Assembly (NCBI GenBank): GCA_963708025.1
Contig: CAVPSB010000021.1
Coordinates: 1-64,000 of the forward strand
DNA: 64,000 nt
Direction: 5' to 3'
Origin: an uncultured Candidatus Rokubacteria bacterium
GTDB taxonomy: Bacteria; Methylomirabilota; Methylomirabilia; Rokubacteriales; DASRDR01
The translations under genes and the position numbers were made by a program. Positions within the stretch are counted from its first letter, which is position 1. Each line of letters opens with the position of its first letter. A model generated the notes under the pieces. The model worked only from the letters and a program-made list of their open reading frames with translations. It was not told the origin of the DNA and made no database searches. Below are positions 62,945 through 64,000 of the stretch, piece by piece.

Positions 62945-63526
62945 ATGAACTCCTGCCACCTGCTGCTCGACCGCTCCCGGGAGCGCGCGCCCGGTCCCGC
63001 CACCGCCGACCTCCAGCACGAGCACGAGGTGATCCTCCGGGCGCTCGCCGTCCTCGAGCGGCTGGGCGAGCGGCTCGCCCGTGGCCGGCCGGTGAGCGAC
63101 GCGACGCTGGCGGAGCTCGTGCAGCTCTTCCGGACCTTCGCCGACCGCTGTCACCACGGCAAGGAGGAAGACCACCTCTTCCCCGCCCTCCGGGCCAAGG
63201 GCGCGGGGGACGCCCTGCCGGTGTTCCTCGACGAGCACGAGGAGGGGCGGGGCTACCTCCGGACGCTTGCCGGGAGCGGCCCCCCCGCGGAGCGGGCGGC
63301 GGCGGCCCGCCGGTACGTCGGGATGCTGCGGAGCCACATCGAGCGGGAGAACGAGGTCCTGTTCCCGATGGCCGACGGGCTGTTCACCCCCGAGGAGCAC
63401 GCCGCGCTGGCCCGCGCGTACGCGGACGTGGAGGACCGGGTGGTCCCGCCCGGTGGGCACGACGAGCTGCTCGCCACCCTGGCCCGCCTCGAATCCGCCG
63501 TCCCGCTCGCGGAGCTCGGGTCGTGA
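62945..63526 (+). CDS. Hemerythrin (HHE) domain protein
   Basis: EHEVI, HHGKEEDHLFP, EHEEGR and HIERENEVLFP. Confidence 0.88.
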   Translation: MNSCHLLLDRSRERAPGPATADLQHEHEVILRALAVLERLGERLARGRPVSDATLAELVQLFRTFADRCHHGKEEDHLFPALRAKGAGDALPVFLDEHEEGRGYLRTLAGSGPPAERAAAARRYVGMLRSHIERENEVLFPMADGLFTPEEHAALARAYADVEDRVVPPGGHDELLATLARLESAVPLAELGS

Positions 63527-64000
63527 GCATCGGGGTCCGGAAGGTCAACCGCGTCGCCATCGCCGTCCGGAGCCTCGACCGGGCCCGGGCGTTCTTCGAG
63601 CGCCACTTCGGCGCCGAGTTCGGCCCGGTGGAGGACGTGGCGGTGGACGGCTACCGCTACGTCCCCTTCACGCTCGCCGGCTTCACCCTCGAGCTCCTGG
63701 AGCCCTACGACCCGAGGAGCCCGATCGCCCGCTTCCTGGAGAAGCGCGGCGAGGGGCTCTACCAGCTCTCCCTGACGGTGGACGACACCGACGCCGCCGC
63801 GGCCACCCTGCGGGCGGAAGGGCTCACGGTCATCGGGCCGCGGACGTACGACGAGGACGTCGTCCTGGAAGGGTGCCGGTGGAAGGAAGCGTTCGTCCAC
63901 CCGAAGGATGCCCACGGCGTCCTGATCTTCATCGGCGAGCGGACGCCGGTTTTCGGGACCTCCCCTCCCACCGTCCGGCCCGGCCGGCCCCCTCCCCCAC
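63523..64000 (+). CDS. VOC family protein (methylmalonyl-CoA epimerase-like), runs off the window; absent from the ORF track
   Basis: GTGA overlap with the upstream stop. The frame reads VAIAVRSLD...LELLEP...IARFLEKRGEGLYQL...FVHPKDAHGVLI. Confidence 0.85.
   Translation, partial: MSIGVRKVNRVAIAVRSLDRARAFFERHFGAEFGPVEDVAVDGYRYVPFTLAGFTLELLEPYDPRSPIARFLEKRGEGLYQLSLTVDDTDAAAATLRAEGLTVIGPRTYDEDVVLEGCRWKEAFVHPKDAHGVLIFIGERTPVFGTSPPTVRPGRPPPP
63955..64000 (+). repeat. Further partial copy of the C-run repeat at the VOC gene 3' end
   Basis: Contains TTCGGGACCTCCC and CCCCCTCCCCCAC, as at 51839-51880. Confidence 0.55.

Overview
This is a very GC-rich, gene-dense bacterial window. The expansion of adenylate-cyclase/AAA/TPR genes suggests a Rokubacteria-like lineage, but that is inference. 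Left to right: (1) 0-24.5 kb, a signalling region with four STAND-type NTPase-TPR proteins. One is fused to a sigma-54 activator and is divergent from a sigma-54 promoter that drives a methanethiol oxidase (mtoX)-SCO operon. The region also has a YjbQ-SIS-PfkB operon and a hybrid histidine kinase with an MBL-REC protein. (2) A sugar ABC transporter. (3) 27.7-42.4 kb, a minus-strand sulfur-oxidation cluster: ArsR-soxCDYZAXB-soxH-like-fccB-diheme cyt c-YeeE-YeeE-cysQ-MTase-peroxiredoxin. (4) 42.8-52.3 kb, CDF, GDH, a three-domain NirK and a DUF542/DUF2249/DUF59 cluster with several deletion scars. (5) 52.5-64 kb, a TetR-led anaerobic aromatic-degradation operon in which padBCD-like genes sit between the two halves of a class I benzoyl-CoA reductase. 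The main observation is that three genes split by the ORF track are intact reading frames, each with an in-frame TGA at a conserved Cys followed by a hairpin. These are both YeeE/YedE sulfur transporters and a UxxC peroxiredoxin, so they are probably selenoproteins attached to a Sox pathway. About eleven single-base insertions between 32 and 47 kb look like long-read errors. All family assignments come from motif recognition; no database search was run.
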